Assembly (NCBI GenBank): GCA_035402825.1
Contig: DAONDZ010000001.1
Span: forward strand, 172,839-236,838
Direction of reading: 5' to 3'
DNA: 64,000 bases
Origin: a bacterium
GTDB lineage: Bacteria; Patescibacteriota; Patescibacteriia; Patescibacteriales; UBA12465
This document shows, piece by piece, positions 61,529-64,000 of this stretch (its first letter is position 1; each line of letters opens with the position of its first letter). Position numbers and translations under genes: made by a program. Below the pieces are notes generated by a model. That model searched no databases and was not told the origin of the DNA. It saw only the letters and a list, made by a program, of their open reading frames with translations.

Positions 61529-64000
61529 TTAACGATTATTTAATTTGTCTAATTCTTGGCGATAGTTTTCTAACTTAGCCTTTTCAACGGCCACTATTTT
61601 TTCCGGGGCTTTAGCAACAAATTCAGCATTGTTTAATTTGCTCTCTAAAGAAGCAATCATTTTATTTAAGTTTTCTTTTTCTTTGGCGATTCTTTGGGCT
61701 TCTTTAGCCGGATCAATTTCGGCTACTAAATATATTTCCATATCGCCTAAGGCGATGAAAATAGCGTCAGCGATTTTTTCGCCCTGAGCGGCAATCGTCA
61801 GTTCGGAAATGCCGGTTTTTAATCCTTTAATAATTTCGGCCTGAGAAGAAATCAATTCTTGATTAGTCGGGGCATAGATTAGAGCCTTAATCTTTTGAGC
61901 CGGTTCTATCTTGTTCTCGGAGCGAGCGTTTCTGATGCTGGCCACTAAATCGGTTATCAATTTAAACTCCGCGTTGTCTTCTAGCTCGGTAGTTTGGGGC
62001 CAGGAAGAAACTAACAGCAAATCCTTTTGAGCTAATTTGCCCCAAATGACTTCCGTAACAAACGGAATAAAGGGGTGATAGGCGCGCAAGAGGTTCTTTA
62101 GGATATAGGCCAGAATAGCTTCTTTGTCTTTTTCTATTTTGGCGATTTCTAAATACCAATCGGCTAATTCGTTCCAAGTGAAATAATTCAATTCTTCTAC
62201 GGCCAAAGAGAATTCATAGTTGTCCAATTTTTGTCCGACCGCTTTCATGGTTTGATTGAAACGAGACAAAATCCATTTATCAGCTAAAGTTTTAGCGGCG
62301 GGAATATCGTCGGCGGCAAAATATTTTTGTTCAACATCGCTTAAAATATAGCGGCTGATGTTCCAGAGCTTATTGATGAAATTTCTTTGGGCGGTAATTT
62401 TCTCTTCGCTCAAGCGAGCATCGTTTCCGGGGGTGGTGCCATAGAGCAAGCTGAGACGAACGGCATCAGTCCCGAATTCATCAGATACCGTTACCGGGTC
62501 AATGCCGTTGCCTTTAGATTTAGACATTTTCTTGCCGTCTTTATCCAAAATCATGCCATGGAGATAGACGGTTTGGAAAGGGATTTCTTGCAAGGCAAAC
62601 AAGGACATCATAATCATGCGGGATACCCAGAGGGTGATGATTTCATAGCCGGTTTCTAAAACTTGAGTCGGGTGGAACTTGGCTAAGTCGCCGGTCTTTT
62701 GGCCGTTAACATAATTTTCCGGCCAGCCTAGAGTGGAAAAGGTCCACATTGATGACGAGAACCAAGTATCCAAAGTATCGGGATCCTGAGTCCAGCCGGA
62801 TTCAGTGGGGGCAGTGGTACCGACATAGATTTCTTCGCCTTTATACCAGACCGGGATGCGATGGCCGAACCAAATTTGGCGAGAGATGCACCAATCATGA
62901 AGATTATTAACCCAATCAGTATATTTTTTATAGAATCTTTCCGGAACGAATTTTACTGAGCCGTTTTCGGCGGCCTCTAAAGCTTTTTCCTTCAAGGATT
63001 TATTGTCTAGTCTTTCCAGCTTCTTATCTACGGCCACAAACCATTGCTTAGAGGGCAGCGGTTCAATCGGAGTATCACAGCGATAGCAGACGGATAGATT
63101 GTTTTCCATATCCTCTTCGCTGATTAACAAGCCGGTCTCTCTTAATTTAGCCACCACTTTCTCTCTGGCTTCTAATCCGGTTAGTCCGTTATATTCCGGG
63201 GAGACATTATAGATCAAACCATCTTCGTTGATGATTTTTTTAATTTCTAAATTATTTTTTTCAGCCATTTGCCAATCCACTGCCGAGTGAGCCGGAGTGA
63301 CGCCCAAAGCGCCGGTACCAAATTCCATCTCCACATTATGATCGGCGATTATTTTGATATGCAAAGGCTGGCCGACAAAGTTAATGTCATATTCTTGGCC
63401 GATATATTGTTTATACCGTTCATCTTTAGGGTTAACCGCTATCGCCGTGTCGCCCAATTTAGTTTCCGGCCGAGTGGTGGAAATAGCGATAGGGAAATCG
63501 GAGGAATATTTGAAAGTATAGATTTTAGCGGTTTGAGCTTTGTATTCCACTTCGTCATCGGCTAAAGTGGAGTGGCAACGCGGGCACCAATTGACTATTC
63601 TTTCGCCGCGATAGATGGCGCCGCCCTCATACATGTCGCAAAACATTTTAGCCACGGCTGCTTGACGCGGTTCGTCTAAGGTAAAAGCTTGGCGGGACCA
63701 ATCTAGAGATCCGCCTAAGCGTCTGATTTGATAGAGAATAGTGCTTTGAGTTTCTTGCAAAAAACTCCAGACTTTTTCTAGGAATTTTTCCCGTCCTAAA
63801 TCATGGCGGCTGAGGTTTTCTTCTTTTTTAATCTTTTTTTCCACTACATTTTGAGTGGCAATGGCCGCATGGTCGGTTCCGGGAAGCCAAAGAGCGCGAT
63901 ATCCCTTGAGGCGGTGATAGCGGATGAGGAGATCTTCAATGGCGACCGTGGAGGCATGGCCCAAATGAAGCTTGTCGGTGATGTTGGGCGGCGGCAGGAT
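61529..64000 (-). CDS. valS: Valine-tRNA ligase (5' end beyond the window)
   Basis: The frame stays open to the window edge (…PPPNITDKLHLGHA, HIGH region). Also KMSKSKGN, a CP1 editing domain and a C-terminal coiled coil. Confidence 0.9.
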   Translation of the reverse strand: MLPPPNITDKLHLGHASTVAIEDLLIRYHRLKGYRALWLPGTDHAAIATQNVVEKKIKKEENLSRHDLGREKFLEKVWSFLQETQSTILYQIRRLGGSLDWSRQAFTLDEPRQAAVAKMFCDMYEGGAIYRGERIVNWCPRCHSTLADDEVEYKAQTAKIYTFKYSSDFPIAISTTRPETKLGDTAIAVNPKDERYKQYIGQEYDINFVGQPLHIKIIADHNVEMEFGTGALGVTPAHSAVDWQMAEKNNLEIKKIINEDGLIYNVSPEYNGLTGLEAREKVVAKLRETGLLISEEDMENNLSVCYRCDTPIEPLPSKQWFVAVDKKLERLDNKSLKEKALEAAENGSVKFVPERFYKKYTDWVNNLHDWCISRQIWFGHRIPVWYKGEEIYVGTTAPTESGWTQDPDTLDTWFSSSMWTFSTLGWPENYVNGQKTGDLAKFHPTQVLETGYEIITLWVSRMIMMSLFALQEIPFQTVYLHGMILDKDGKKMSKSKGNGIDPVTVSDEFGTDAVRLSLLYGTTPGNDARLSEEKITAQRNFINKLWNISRYILSDVEQKYFAADDIPAAKTLADKWILSRFNQTMKAVGQKLDNYEFSLAVEELNYFTWNELADWYLEIAKIEKDKEAILAYILKNLLRAYHPFIPFVTEVIWGKLAQKDLLLVSSWPQTTELEDNAEFKLITDLVASIRNARSENKIEPAQKIKALIYAPTNQELISSQAEIIKGLKTGISELTIAAQGEKIADAIFIALGDMEIYLVAEIDPAKEAQRIAKEKENLNKMIASLESKLNNAEFVAKAPEKIVAVEKAKLENYRQELDKLNNR

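Noticed and set aside
1-64000. Alternative genetic code (UGA recoded, as in some CPR lineages).
   Set aside because: Well-conserved genes end at TGA (for example recombinase copy 1 at 45234-45236). No conserved gene needs read-through of TGA, so code 11 fits throughout.

Overview
The window looks like part of a small, moderately AT-rich bacterial genome. Its short operons, several pilin-like FISUMP proteins and a giant orphan ORF suggest a Candidate Phyla Radiation (Patescibacteria) organism; that placement is inference only. Standard code 11 fits, because TGA, TAA and TAG all act as stops. Most of the window is housekeeping: rpsF-ssb-rpsR, efp, typA, an ECF sigma pair, lgt, ppsA, elp3, a phosphomannomutase, mgtA, truB, an LCP protein, der, pth, topA, pheST, valS (5' end cut by the window edge), and six tRNAs (Ser-CGA, Arg-CCG, Leu-TAG, Leu-CAG, His-GTG, Arg-TCT). 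The main result is a roughly 13.5 kb accessory island at 36888-50350, abutting the 3' end of tRNA-Arg(TCT). Four att-like junctions divide it into three tandem units. (1) E_A is a 1.4 kb unit with only a pilin-like FISUMP gene. (2) E_B is a 6.8 kb unit carrying a complete diversity-generating retroelement (target, avd, TR, RT), an HUH two-tyrosine rolling-circle Rep and a large serine recombinase. In the DGR, all 16 TR/VR mismatches fall on TR adenines within AAY codons. (3) E_C is a 5.2 kb sister unit with the same Rep and recombinase backbone but a different cargo, an acidic coiled-coil protein. The attachment core lies inside the recombinase ORF, so integration changes the recombinase C-terminal tail. 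The backbone also holds long non-coding regions whose hairpins covary between the two copies. The DGR target gene has a G10 tract in its promoter spacer. Secondary points are a 1687-aa protein ending in glutamine-synthetase-like amidoligase motifs, an ECF sigma module with CxC-rich tails, and an unlisted 45-aa lysine-rich ORF bracketed by 26-nt inverted repeats. All alignments and counts were done by eye, with no database search.
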